Shown in pieces: positions 16,528 to 24,934 of a DNA stretch of 32,000 bases. The stretch covers positions 630,001-662,000 of the forward strand of contig NZ_AP019769.1 of assembly GCF_023169545.1 (NCBI RefSeq). Direction: 5' to 3'. The translations under genes and the position numbers were made by a program. Source of the DNA: Nanobdella aerobiophila. GTDB taxonomy: Archaea; Nanobdellota; Nanobdellia; Nanobdellales; Nanobdellaceae. Below the pieces are notes generated by a model, which was not told where the DNA came from, ran no database searches, and saw nothing but the letters and a program-made list of their open reading frames with translations. Each line of letters opens with the position of its first letter. Position 1 is the stretch's first letter.

Positions 16528-16862
16528 TAAATATTTACATAATATATTGTGCCATTTAATATGAAAAAATCCTCTATGCCTTGATCAGTCTGATTAAGTG
16601 GAATATTATAAAAATATGTTATATTATCTATTTCCACATAATAATACGGTAATATACTGCTAACAATTTGATACAAAGAAGAATTCAACTGAATTGTATT
16701 ATTCAAATCTTGATAATTTATAGAAATTAATGAAGAATATAGATCATCTTTAATATAACCCCTTGTATAATATACACTATAAAAGTTTGAGGTTAATAAG
16801 AAGTACATAATAATTATTAAAATTACCAATTCTATAAATATTGTAATATTAAATGACCTCAT
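16518..16862 (-). CDS. Small secreted/membrane-anchored protein with a pilin-like hydrophobic N-terminus (114 aa)
   Basis: MRSFNITIFIELVILIIIMYFLL, then a Tyr/Asn-rich body with at least six N-x-S/T sequons. Start/stop overlaps on both sides. Confidence 0.55.
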   Translation of the reverse strand: MRSFNITIFIELVILIIIMYFLLTSNFYSVYYTRGYIKDDLYSSLISINYQDLNNTIQLNSSLYQIVSSILPYYYVEIDNITYFYNIPLNQTDQGIEDFFILNGTIYYVNIYWK

Positions 16863-17239
16863 GATACTAAAACCTCAACCAGGTATAACGAATGATCATA
16901 AAAACATACTCGCCTAAATTCTATATAATTATTAGTCACATTTTCCCCATAAAAAAATTTTTGACCATTACTTAGATTTTCATATATTATTTCATATGGT
17001 TGAGAACTCAAGTTATCTATATATAAAGAATTAAAATTGTTTAAAGTTAAATTACATGTATTATCTGTTATATAATTAGTCAAATATTCCATTATATTCC
17101 TACCGGTCATAAATTGTATATAACTGTTTTGATAATTAAAATTTATTCTATATATAAATGTCAATTTATCCAGAATTAATAAACTAGCTAAAAATATAGT
17201 TAATGATACAATTAGCAATTCAAAAAATCGATCTAGCAT
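16859..17239 (-). CDS. Small secreted/membrane-anchored protein with a pilin-like hydrophobic N-terminus (126 aa)
   Basis: MLDRFFELLIVSLTIFLASLLIL (an F-E-L-L-I-V segment reminiscent of type IV pilin N-termini). Sequon-rich. First gene of a three-gene overlapping string. Confidence 0.55.
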   Translation of the reverse strand: MLDRFFELLIVSLTIFLASLLILDKLTFIYRINFNYQNSYIQFMTGRNIMEYLTNYITDNTCNLTLNNFNSLYIDNLSSQPYEIIYENLSNGQKFFYGENVTNNYIEFRRVCFYDHSLYLVEVLVS

Positions 17240-17281
17240 ATAAATATATATCTTATAAATATTTTTATATATAAGATCCTT

Positions 17282-17857
17282 ATGAACTCAAAGATAGTAT
17301 CATTATTAAAAGAGAATAAAAAGATAGTTACATTCAAAGCAACAAATGTTCCAATATCCAGAAAGGATTCTGAAGAAGTTGGGAGATTTATAAAATACCT
17401 CCCAATACCAAGAGCAAAGAAGTTATTAGAAGATGTACTAAGCTTTAGATTGGCCATACCTTATTATAGATATAATAAAAAACAGCCACATCATAAAAAT
17501 GTATCAGGTAAGGTAAAATATGGTAGGTATCCTATAAAAACAATTAAATATTATTTGAAATTTTTATCTTCACTAGAAAATAATGCCAAAGTATTAGGAT
17601 TGGATCCAAGCAAGGTCATAATAGTATCCGTAGAGCCTTCCAAAGGTAATAAATATCCTGCCAGATTGAGAGTAACAAAATATAAAACAGGAGAGGGAGG
17701 AATAAAGAGAGTTCTTATATCAGTAAGAAAAAAAGTATCTCATATAAAGATATATGCTTTATACATAGAGTCCATAGATACAACAAAAAAATTAAAGAAA
17801 AAGGCATTAAAAAATATTGTAAAAGAAATTATAAAAGAATGGCAGCAAAAAATATAG
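17282..17857 (+). CDS. rpl22p: Ribosomal protein L22 (uL22) with a Lys-rich C-terminal extension
   Basis: ATNVPISRKDSEEVGRFIKYLPIPRAKKLLEDVL...GRYPIKTIKYYLKFLSSLENNAKVLGLD. Confidence 0.88.
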   Translation: MNSKIVSLLKENKKIVTFKATNVPISRKDSEEVGRFIKYLPIPRAKKLLEDVLSFRLAIPYYRYNKKQPHHKNVSGKVKYGRYPIKTIKYYLKFLSSLENNAKVLGLDPSKVIIVSVEPSKGNKYPARLRVTKYKTGEGGIKRVLISVRKKVSHIKIYALYIESIDTTKKLKKKALKNIVKEIIKEWQQKI

Positions 17858-18522
17858 AAGGTGTAATAAAGGAAAAGAAAATAGAAGCTATATTGGATAG
17901 AGAAATAAAGAATGCATTAAGAGGCAAATTAATAAGTAGAGTTCATTATTTAAAAGTTTCAATGGGAGATAAAGTCATAATATATTGTGCGAGACCTAGA
18001 CTAATACTTGGAAGATCGAATGAGAACTTAGCGATGATTAGAGAAATAGCTAAAAAAATAATAAATACAAATGACCCAATTATAGAAGTTTTACCAGTTG
18101 AGAACCCATTACTAGACTCCGAAATAGTAGCAGATCTAATAGCATCTCAAATAGAAAGATTTGGAAATAGAGCTGCTAGGAGGATAATACAGAAGATAAT
18201 GGAAGAAGTCTTAAATGCTGGTGCACTAGGTATAGAAATAAGAATAACAGGAAAGGTAATAGGAGATAGATCTTCTACAATAAGAGAACAAAAAGGATAT
18301 ATTAAAAAATCAGGAGAATTGAATAAAATAACTGGTAAAAGTATAAGATATGCTAAACTAACTTCCGGTACTATAGGAATACAGGTAAGGATATTAAGAT
18401 CTGGAGAGTTATTACCTGATAGAATAAATATAAAGGATATATCGGAAATAAATCCCGAAGAATTAGAAAAAATAGATCCTTCCTTACTAGAAAAATTAGC
18501 AAAGGATAATGGAGAACACTGA
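17839..18522 (+). CDS. rps3p: Ribosomal protein S3 (uS3)
   Basis: KH-domain N-terminus, ..IASQIERFGNRAARRIIQKIMEEVLNAGALGIEIRITGKV... Follows L22 in the canonical order. Confidence 0.9.
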   Translation: MAAKNIEGVIKEKKIEAILDREIKNALRGKLISRVHYLKVSMGDKVIIYCARPRLILGRSNENLAMIREIAKKIINTNDPIIEVLPVENPLLDSEIVADLIASQIERFGNRAARRIIQKIMEEVLNAGALGIEIRITGKVIGDRSSTIREQKGYIKKSGELNKITGKSIRYAKLTSGTIGIQVRILRSGELLPDRINIKDISEINPEELEKIDPSLLEKLAKDNGEH

Positions 18523-19429
18523 ATGTATAGCCTTTTATAAACTATTTTTGACGAAGAATATAAATACAGATGGACGCCTCGTTTTAAACCTATCTCAGTA
18601 TCTCTGTTATATATTTAATAATGATATATACAAAATAATGGATAAAATTGAAAAATTTGATTTAGACGTCCTCATAGGTCACTTTAAAGATATTAGAGAG
18701 AATATCGAACAAATAAAGAGAATAATTAAAGATAAATATCCAGGTGAGGAGGCTGCAGAAGTATTAGAAACAAAATTAGAAGGATATGGATTAGAAGCTC
18801 TCAAAAGATCATTAAATTATGGGAAAAAGGTTTGTTTAACAGATATCCTAAATAAGCATTATAATCTAAACCTATATGCACACTCTAATATTGAATTTAT
18901 AATAGAAAAAGTCTTAGAGAGTGAAAAAACAAATATCTTTATAGAAACAAAAAGAGAAAATGAAGAATACATAAGATATATAAAGGTAAACAAGGAACTT
19001 TTAGAAGTTTCGACACAAAAAAAATCTTTTAGTTATATAAATAAATATAAATTACCAAGAAAAGAATTTCTAGATAATGAAACTTCTTTTATTATATCTA
19101 TATTTTTATACTATAAAGGCATAAAACCTCCCGAGTATATAAATGATATGGCAATAAAATATATAAAAGAAAATAATATATCCAAAGCATTGATTTGCAT
19201 TTATAATAATAAAGATTATAAATCTCTAAAAAATAAAAGAGTCTTAATAGAAGACATCAATACACATATTAAAGTAATAGATATAATAAGAACATATGAA
19301 AAGATTATCAATGGTATATATCGTTTTTTGGAGGATAATCTATCAACCATTAAAAAAATATCAACAGAGGAAATAGAGGAAAAACAAAAAACAATAGAAT
19401 ATTATCTATATTCAATGCGAGAAGGTTAA
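18509..19429 (+). CDS. Hypothetical protein (306 aa), no recognisable motif
   Basis: Intact ORF overlapping the S3 stop by 14 nt. It occupies the position where L29 normally follows S3. Confidence 0.5.
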   Translation: MENTECIAFYKLFLTKNINTDGRLVLNLSQYLCYIFNNDIYKIMDKIEKFDLDVLIGHFKDIRENIEQIKRIIKDKYPGEEAAEVLETKLEGYGLEALKRSLNYGKKVCLTDILNKHYNLNLYAHSNIEFIIEKVLESEKTNIFIETKRENEEYIRYIKVNKELLEVSTQKKSFSYINKYKLPRKEFLDNETSFIISIFLYYKGIKPPEYINDMAIKYIKENNISKALICIYNNKDYKSLKNKRVLIEDINTHIKVIDIIRTYEKIINGIYRFLEDNLSTIKKISTEEIEEKQKTIEYYLYSMREG

Positions 19430-20661
19430 GATCCGTACATAATATATTTTCCTAATTTATCAAGATATATTTTTATTATATCTGTTCCTTTTAATCTTCC
19501 TAAAGTACCTTTTACACACTTTCTTTCAGAAAAATTCTTTACAAACCCATATCTATTATTTTCATAATTTAATATTACTGGAACAGGATCCGAAATATGT
19601 CTACCAAGTATTGATGATGTAGAGTGATCTCCCGTAATCAATATTAGATCAAAGTTATCAACCAGCTTTGGTATTAATTCTCTATCTATTCTTTCTATAA
19701 ACTTCTTTTTTTCCAGTGGTTTCTTATCATGAGATAAAGAATCTGTTCCTTTTATGTGTATAAATACAATATCATATTTTTCCTTTAAACTGACTGCAGC
19801 TTCAGAAAAAGAGAATAAATTTTCATTTGATGTACCATTTGTACCTAGTGGTTTATATGTATCCATCCCAACATATTTAGCCACACCCAGATACATTGGA
19901 GGATTTGCTAGGAATATAGATTTCACTCCATATCTATTATAAAATTTGTCTTCTTTATCTAGTTCTTTATATTTCGACGCAGATCTTATCAATAAATAAT
20001 TTATAACTGGAATATTCTTTTCTTTTCTCATTTTATTTATATTGTTGTTATTGGCAAAACTATTAAAATCCTGTATCAATTTATTTAATACTTCTGCAGT
20101 TTCTTTAGCTTTATCTTCTTTATATAATATTTTAGGTACCTTTACATTTTCTTCATGTAAATCATTATCTGTAACTTTTTCAGATTCTAACCCCCTTATA
20201 ACTAGTACTCCTCTATGTTCTACACCATGCTTTATTATAATATTTATCCCATATTCTTTCTCTATTTTTTCTTTTATAGATTCAAAATCTTTTAATAACT
20301 CTTCCAGTCCAAAATCATTTCTACCAATTCTTCTATCTATAATTACACCATTATCTACAGTTGAAAAATCTAATCTAAAAGCTATATCGCCTTCTTTTAA
20401 CTCAATATCCGATCCTAAAGCTTCGAATATGCCTCTGCCTCTATAATATTTCTCTACTTCATAACCAAATAATGATAGATGACCAGTATCACTACCTGGA
20501 ACCAAACCTGGCCCAACTGTATCTAGAACACCTGCTTCAGAATATTTAATCAATTTATCAATATTCTCTTTTTTTGCGGCTTCTAAAGGTGTTTTATTAT
20601 TTAACTGCTTATTTACTTGATCACCCAATCCATCTAATATAATAAATACTCCATTTACCAT
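19426..20661 (-). CDS. apgM: Cofactor-independent phosphoglycerate mutase, archaeal type
   Basis: FIILDGLGD, TPLEAAKKENIDKL, PGSDTGHLSLFGY, ITGDHST. Confidence 0.88.
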   Translation of the reverse strand: MVNGVFIILDGLGDQVNKQLNNKTPLEAAKKENIDKLIKYSEAGVLDTVGPGLVPGSDTGHLSLFGYEVEKYYRGRGIFEALGSDIELKEGDIAFRLDFSTVDNGVIIDRRIGRNDFGLEELLKDFESIKEKIEKEYGINIIIKHGVEHRGVLVIRGLESEKVTDNDLHEENVKVPKILYKEDKAKETAEVLNKLIQDFNSFANNNNINKMRKEKNIPVINYLLIRSASKYKELDKEDKFYNRYGVKSIFLANPPMYLGVAKYVGMDTYKPLGTNGTSNENLFSFSEAAVSLKEKYDIVFIHIKGTDSLSHDKKPLEKKKFIERIDRELIPKLVDNFDLILITGDHSTSSILGRHISDPVPVILNYENNRYGFVKNFSERKCVKGTLGRLKGTDIIKIYLDKLGKYIMYGS

Positions 20662-20682
20662 ATCAAAATAAAAACCTTTATT

Positions 20683-20690
20683 ATTTATAG
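20683..20690 (+). promoter_or_regulatory. TATA-like box (TTTATAGA) upstream of tRNA-Leu
   Basis: Positions -28 to -21 relative to the tRNA 5' end at 20711. Confidence 0.3.
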
Positions 20691-20710
20691 ATATAAATAT
20701 TTATAAATAT

Positions 20711-20795
20711 GCGGCGATGCCCGAGTTGGACAAAGGGGATGGACTCAAGATCCATTGGAGTAGATCCGTCAGGGGTTCAAATCCCCTTCGCCGCA
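20711..20795 (+). tRNA. tRNA-Leu(CAA), class II with a long variable arm
   Basis: Acceptor GCGGCGA/UCGCCGC plus A73. Anticodon arm AUGGA-CUCAAGA-UCCAU. Variable arm UGGAGUAGAUCCGUC. T-arm AGGGG-UUCAAAU-CCCCU. Confidence 0.92.
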
Positions 20796-21348
20796 TTATT
20801 ATATGGACTATCATTATAGATAAATATCTCCACTCTTAACTGAAATTTTCTGCTTCTTCTAGAAAATATATTATATACCAGATTTCATATCTCCATAGAG
20901 AATTCTCAATTTACTATCTAACTATATTTTCACATTTATCAGGTACTTGAAGTATTTTTGAGTCTCCCCCAATACCCTAGCTCTACTAGTCTTACAGAAT
21001 ATATAGTTCATAAATTTCCTTCACACAATGTCTTCCACATATTAGCTTGTCATATATTAAATTATAGATAATTATGCAGATTTACTTCTATATAACTACT
21101 TGTGAATAACTTCATTTATATAGATCTATTTATAAACTATTCCAGTAAGATTTATATATTTTATTTATAAATTTTTCTAATAGAAAACTTTATATTTACC
21201 AAAAGCGTATCATAATATGTCCGATTATTTTTATAGAAAATTTTATATAAAAGATATATAAAGAAAGAATTAATCATAAAAAATAAATCTTATAAAGAGT
21301 ATTACCTTTCAATCATTATACGTTAAATAATATTTATTAAACCGTATA

Positions 21349-21420
21349 TGGACCCGCCGGGATTTGAACCCGGGATCCCCGGCTTGCAAGGCCGATATCC
21401 TACCGCTAGACTACGGGCCC
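21349..21420 (-). tRNA. tRNA-Ala(UGC)
   Basis: Acceptor GGGCCCG/CGGGUCC with the G3:U70 alanine identity pair. Anticodon loop CUUGCAA. T-arm CCGGG-UUCAAAU-CCCGG. Confidence 0.92.
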
Positions 21421-21443
21421 ATTATAAAAATATAAATATTTAA

Positions 21444-21451
21444 CTTTTAAA
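21444..21451 (-). promoter_or_regulatory. TATA box (TTTAAAAG) for tRNA-Ala
   Basis: The plus strand reads cttttaaa, i.e. positions -31 to -24 relative to the tRNA 5' end (21420). Lies between the RNR stop and the tRNA. Confidence 0.35.
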
Positions 21452-21462
21452 CTTATAAAAAA

Positions 21463-24207
21463 TTATGCCAAGATACATTCGGACCAGCCGCAATCTAAAC
21501 AGGTAATACATCCACCCTCATGCTTTAATCTTACACTTTTACAAACAGGGCAATTATCTGTAGATATATTATCATTAAAATTATTATTATTATTTAATTC
21601 CAACTTTCTAATTTCTAAATTTATTTTTATATCCCCAATATTCATCTCTGTATACCATTTTGGTAAATCTATCTTAAAGCTTTTTAATATACTTATAGTT
21701 TTATTCTCTATTTTTCCTTCCCTAATTAACCTAAAGTAATCCTTAAATCTCGATTTTGTTGCTTCCGCAGGTGCATAATATACTTGTACAGACTTTGAAC
21801 CATCTCTATATATTGTAATTCCCTTACATCCCACTTTATATGCAAATAAATAAGCTAAATATATATCTTCAGATGTTGCCCAGCTTGGCATATTTATTGT
21901 CTTAGATATTGATGTTGTTATCCATATCTGTGCTACTGCTTGCGCTCTAATATGGTCCCACCATGGTAGATCTAATGCTGTAATAAATATCGCCTTTAAA
22001 TCATCTGGTATTGAATCTATATTATATAAACTACCTCCATTATCAGATATTTGCTTCAAAATTTCTTCTTTATATAAACCCTTCTCCTTTAACTGTCTTT
22101 CAAATTCTATATCCACATAGAAATAATTACCTGCAGTAACTCTTTTTTCATATACTAAAGAATATGCAGGTTCTATACCAGAAGAAGTTTCTACTAGCAT
22201 AGAAATAGAACCTGTTGGTGCTATCGAAGTAACTTCTACATTTCTTATACCATTTTCCAATATTTCATTCCTTATCTTTTCCCAATCTAGATTCCATAAT
22301 TCTTTGTGGTAATATCCATCTACTGGCATCTCTCCATCTTTATAAGATGTTTCGTTATATTTTGGAAATACACCCCTTTCCTTTGCCCTATATATAGATT
22401 CTTCCATTGAATAGTATGTTAAATATTCTGTAATTTTCATTAAGAGTCTGTATCCTTCTTCTGATGAGTAAGGTATTTTTAGAGCAAATAATGCATCAGC
22501 TAAACCCATATAACCTAATCCAACTCTTCTTACTGCCTTAGAAGATTCTTCTATCTCTTTTAATGGATATTTATTCATATCTATTACATTATCCAAAAAT
22601 CTGTACGACCATCTTATAGTTTCTATATACTTATCCCAATTGAATTCCGCTTTTCCATCTTTAAATTCTATCATTGCATATAAATTAATTGATCCTAAAT
22701 TACAAGACTCATATGGATATAAAGGTTGTTCTCCACATGGATTGGTTGCTCTTATTGGACCTCTATATTTATATTGCATATTTCTTTTATTTATATTATC
22801 CATAAATAAACATCCAGGATCTGCTTTTTCCCATGCTACATAAGAAATCTCCGATAATAGTTGTTTTGGATCTATATAGTTTACTATTACTTCCTTATCA
22901 ACTTTATCTATATCAAAGCCTTGTTCGTCTGGAAATTTTATATTGTGTTTCCTTAATAATCTTGGATTTAATAATGGATATGGTTTATTTTCTGCCAGAT
23001 AATTCCAAAAATTCGAATCAAACATTACAGATATATTAAAATTTTCTAATACTCCTTCTTTCTCTTTAGCATGTACAAACTTCATAATATCTGGATGCCA
23101 AGATTCGATTATCCCCATATTTGCACCTCTCCTTTTGCCACCTTGCTTAACTACATCTGTAACTGTATCAATTATTTTCATAAAAGATATTGGACCTGAA
23201 GCTATTCCACCTGTGGACCCTACAACATCACCTTCAGGTCTTAATTTAGAATAATTTATTCCTATACCCCCACCTGACTTAAATATCATTGCCGCATCTG
23301 TAGCAGACTTCATAATAGAAGCCATATCATCATCTATATCCAATACAAAACATGCTGATAATTGCCCCAATCTTGCACCGGCATTAAATAGTGTAGGTGA
23401 ATTTGGCATAAATTTCTTAGAAGCCATTAAATCAAAATATTTCAGATAGTTCTCATAGTATTGATCAAAATCTCCATTATTTAACCTTTTTATAAATTCT
23501 GACCATGAAATCTTCATATGCCCCCTCTCATTTAAATAATCATAAAGATATTTCATTCTTTCAAGATGATATTTATTCCACTTTAATTTATAAGAATTTC
23601 CTTGTTTTTTTAGCCCAATCTCTCCTTCTTCTAGATTCAATTCTTCTTTTGGTTTTATATCTTGCTTTCCAGATTTGTCATATATCCTTTCATCATACAA
23701 TATATCTGGTATTACTATCAATGCTGCGACCCTTTCAAACATTTGTTTAGGTCCTTCTAATATTTGTAATTTCTCGTCTTTTAATAGATATCTATTTACC
23801 ATTAACCTTATTGAATTCAGAGAATATTTCTTCGCTACTTCCTCTTCATAAAAGCTTCCTAATAAATTTATTTTTTCTTTTCTTATATTCTCTTTCTCTT
23901 TTCTATAAGTTATGTATGCTTTTGCCACTTCATATAAATCAAATTTAACCAGAGTTAATTCTACAATATCTTGTATTTCTTCAACAGAAGGGATAGAATT
24001 TCCATCATATTTATTTTCTATAATATTTAATATATAATCTAATATCTTGTCTAGAGTTTCTTTATCATATCTTTTTGTCGCTCTCATAGCTTTCTCAATA
24101 GCATTATATATTCTTTTTGGATCGAATTCATCTATTCTTCCATCCCTTTTTCTAATCTTTTTTACCGATATATTTGAAAAATTTTTTTGACTAAAATTGT
24201 TTTCCAT
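21463..24207 (-). CDS. nrdJ: Class II (adenosylcobalamin-dependent) ribonucleotide reductase with an N-terminal ATP-cone and a C-terminal zinc finger
   Basis: ATP-cone VKKIRKRDGRIDEFDPKRIYNAIEKA. Active site ATNPCGEQPLYPYESCNLGSINL. C-terminus CPVCKS...GGCITCLDCGWSEC. No intein-sized insertion. Confidence 0.9.
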   Translation of the reverse strand: MENNFSQKNFSNISVKKIRKRDGRIDEFDPKRIYNAIEKAMRATKRYDKETLDKILDYILNIIENKYDGNSIPSVEEIQDIVELTLVKFDLYEVAKAYITYRKEKENIRKEKINLLGSFYEEEVAKKYSLNSIRLMVNRYLLKDEKLQILEGPKQMFERVAALIVIPDILYDERIYDKSGKQDIKPKEELNLEEGEIGLKKQGNSYKLKWNKYHLERMKYLYDYLNERGHMKISWSEFIKRLNNGDFDQYYENYLKYFDLMASKKFMPNSPTLFNAGARLGQLSACFVLDIDDDMASIMKSATDAAMIFKSGGGIGINYSKLRPEGDVVGSTGGIASGPISFMKIIDTVTDVVKQGGKRRGANMGIIESWHPDIMKFVHAKEKEGVLENFNISVMFDSNFWNYLAENKPYPLLNPRLLRKHNIKFPDEQGFDIDKVDKEVIVNYIDPKQLLSEISYVAWEKADPGCLFMDNINKRNMQYKYRGPIRATNPCGEQPLYPYESCNLGSINLYAMIEFKDGKAEFNWDKYIETIRWSYRFLDNVIDMNKYPLKEIEESSKAVRRVGLGYMGLADALFALKIPYSSEEGYRLLMKITEYLTYYSMEESIYRAKERGVFPKYNETSYKDGEMPVDGYYHKELWNLDWEKIRNEILENGIRNVEVTSIAPTGSISMLVETSSGIEPAYSLVYEKRVTAGNYFYVDIEFERQLKEKGLYKEEILKQISDNGGSLYNIDSIPDDLKAIFITALDLPWWDHIRAQAVAQIWITTSISKTINMPSWATSEDIYLAYLFAYKVGCKGITIYRDGSKSVQVYYAPAEATKSRFKDYFRLIREGKIENKTISILKSFKIDLPKWYTEMNIGDIKINLEIRKLELNNNNNFNDNISTDNCPVCKSVRLKHEGGCITCLDCGWSECILA

Positions 24208-24316
24208 TCACAAGACTTTCAAAAAATCTTTATATAATTTTAATTTATAAGCTCCTATAAATAATCAGAAACACGAATATAAAAGCTATTTTATGTTTAT
24301 CTATTGATTAGTAACA

Positions 24317-24934
24317 CTAATACAAAACTTTTACATGACCTTTACATATATTTATTAATTTTACTTCTCTAGCTACATTTAAAACTTTTGCATTATTTAT
24401 TATCTCCTCTAATCCACCCGTTTCATGCATATGTCCATGGATATTTAATATTACTTTATTATTATTTTTAATAAAATTCATTAATTCTTTACTTCCAGAT
24501 ATATTTAATGAAGACATAGTACCAAAAGGCGGTTCATGAGATAATATAATAATATATTTATCATTAAAATTTATAGTACTTAAGAATTTTTTAATTTCTT
24601 CTTCCTGTATCATGAATATTGGAACATCTGCCCCACCAAATGCTGCAATTAATAAATTATCTCTATATATTTTTTTCATATGCAGGTTCTTAATATTGTA
24701 CTTCTCCATTAAATTAATATTATCATATGTATCATGATTACCTGGTATTATAAATATTTTATCTTTGTTTATATGTTCTGTTAATAATTTAATAATTTTT
24801 CTATTCAGATATCCTGTATCAGAAATATCACCTAGCAAAAATATATAATCTACATTATTCTTCTTATACAATTCTATTATCTTATATATAATTCGGATAT
24901 CATTATGTATATCTGATGATACAATTATATTCAT
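24317..24934 (-). CDS. Calcineurin-like metallophosphoesterase
   Basis: SSDIHND, LLGDISDTG, IPGNHD, SHEPP, HGHMHE. Confidence 0.85.
   Translation of the reverse strand: MNIIVSSDIHNDIRIIYKIIELYKKNNVDYIFLLGDISDTGYLNRKIIKLLTEHINKDKIFIIPGNHDTYDNINLMEKYNIKNLHMKKIYRDNLLIAAFGGADVPIFMIQEEEIKKFLSTINFNDKYIIILSHEPPFGTMSSLNISGSKELMNFIKNNNKVILNIHGHMHETGGLEEIINNAKVLNVAREVKLINICKGHVKVLY

Noticed and set aside
20796-21348. Split-tRNA half genes (as in N. equitans) hidden in the long spacers at 20796-21348 and 13091-13422
   Set aside because: No T-arm consensus (GGTTCRAATCC or its complement), no D-arm-like segment, and no GC-rich complementary leader/trailer pair could be found in either spacer.
21463-24207. 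Possible intein in the ribonucleotide reductase (common in archaeal RNRs), and likewise in the ProRS insertion
   Set aside because: The RNR length (914 aa) and continuous motif order leave no room for an intein. Neither protein shows Cys/Ser-start and His-Asn-end splice junctions or homing-endonuclease LAGLIDADG motifs.
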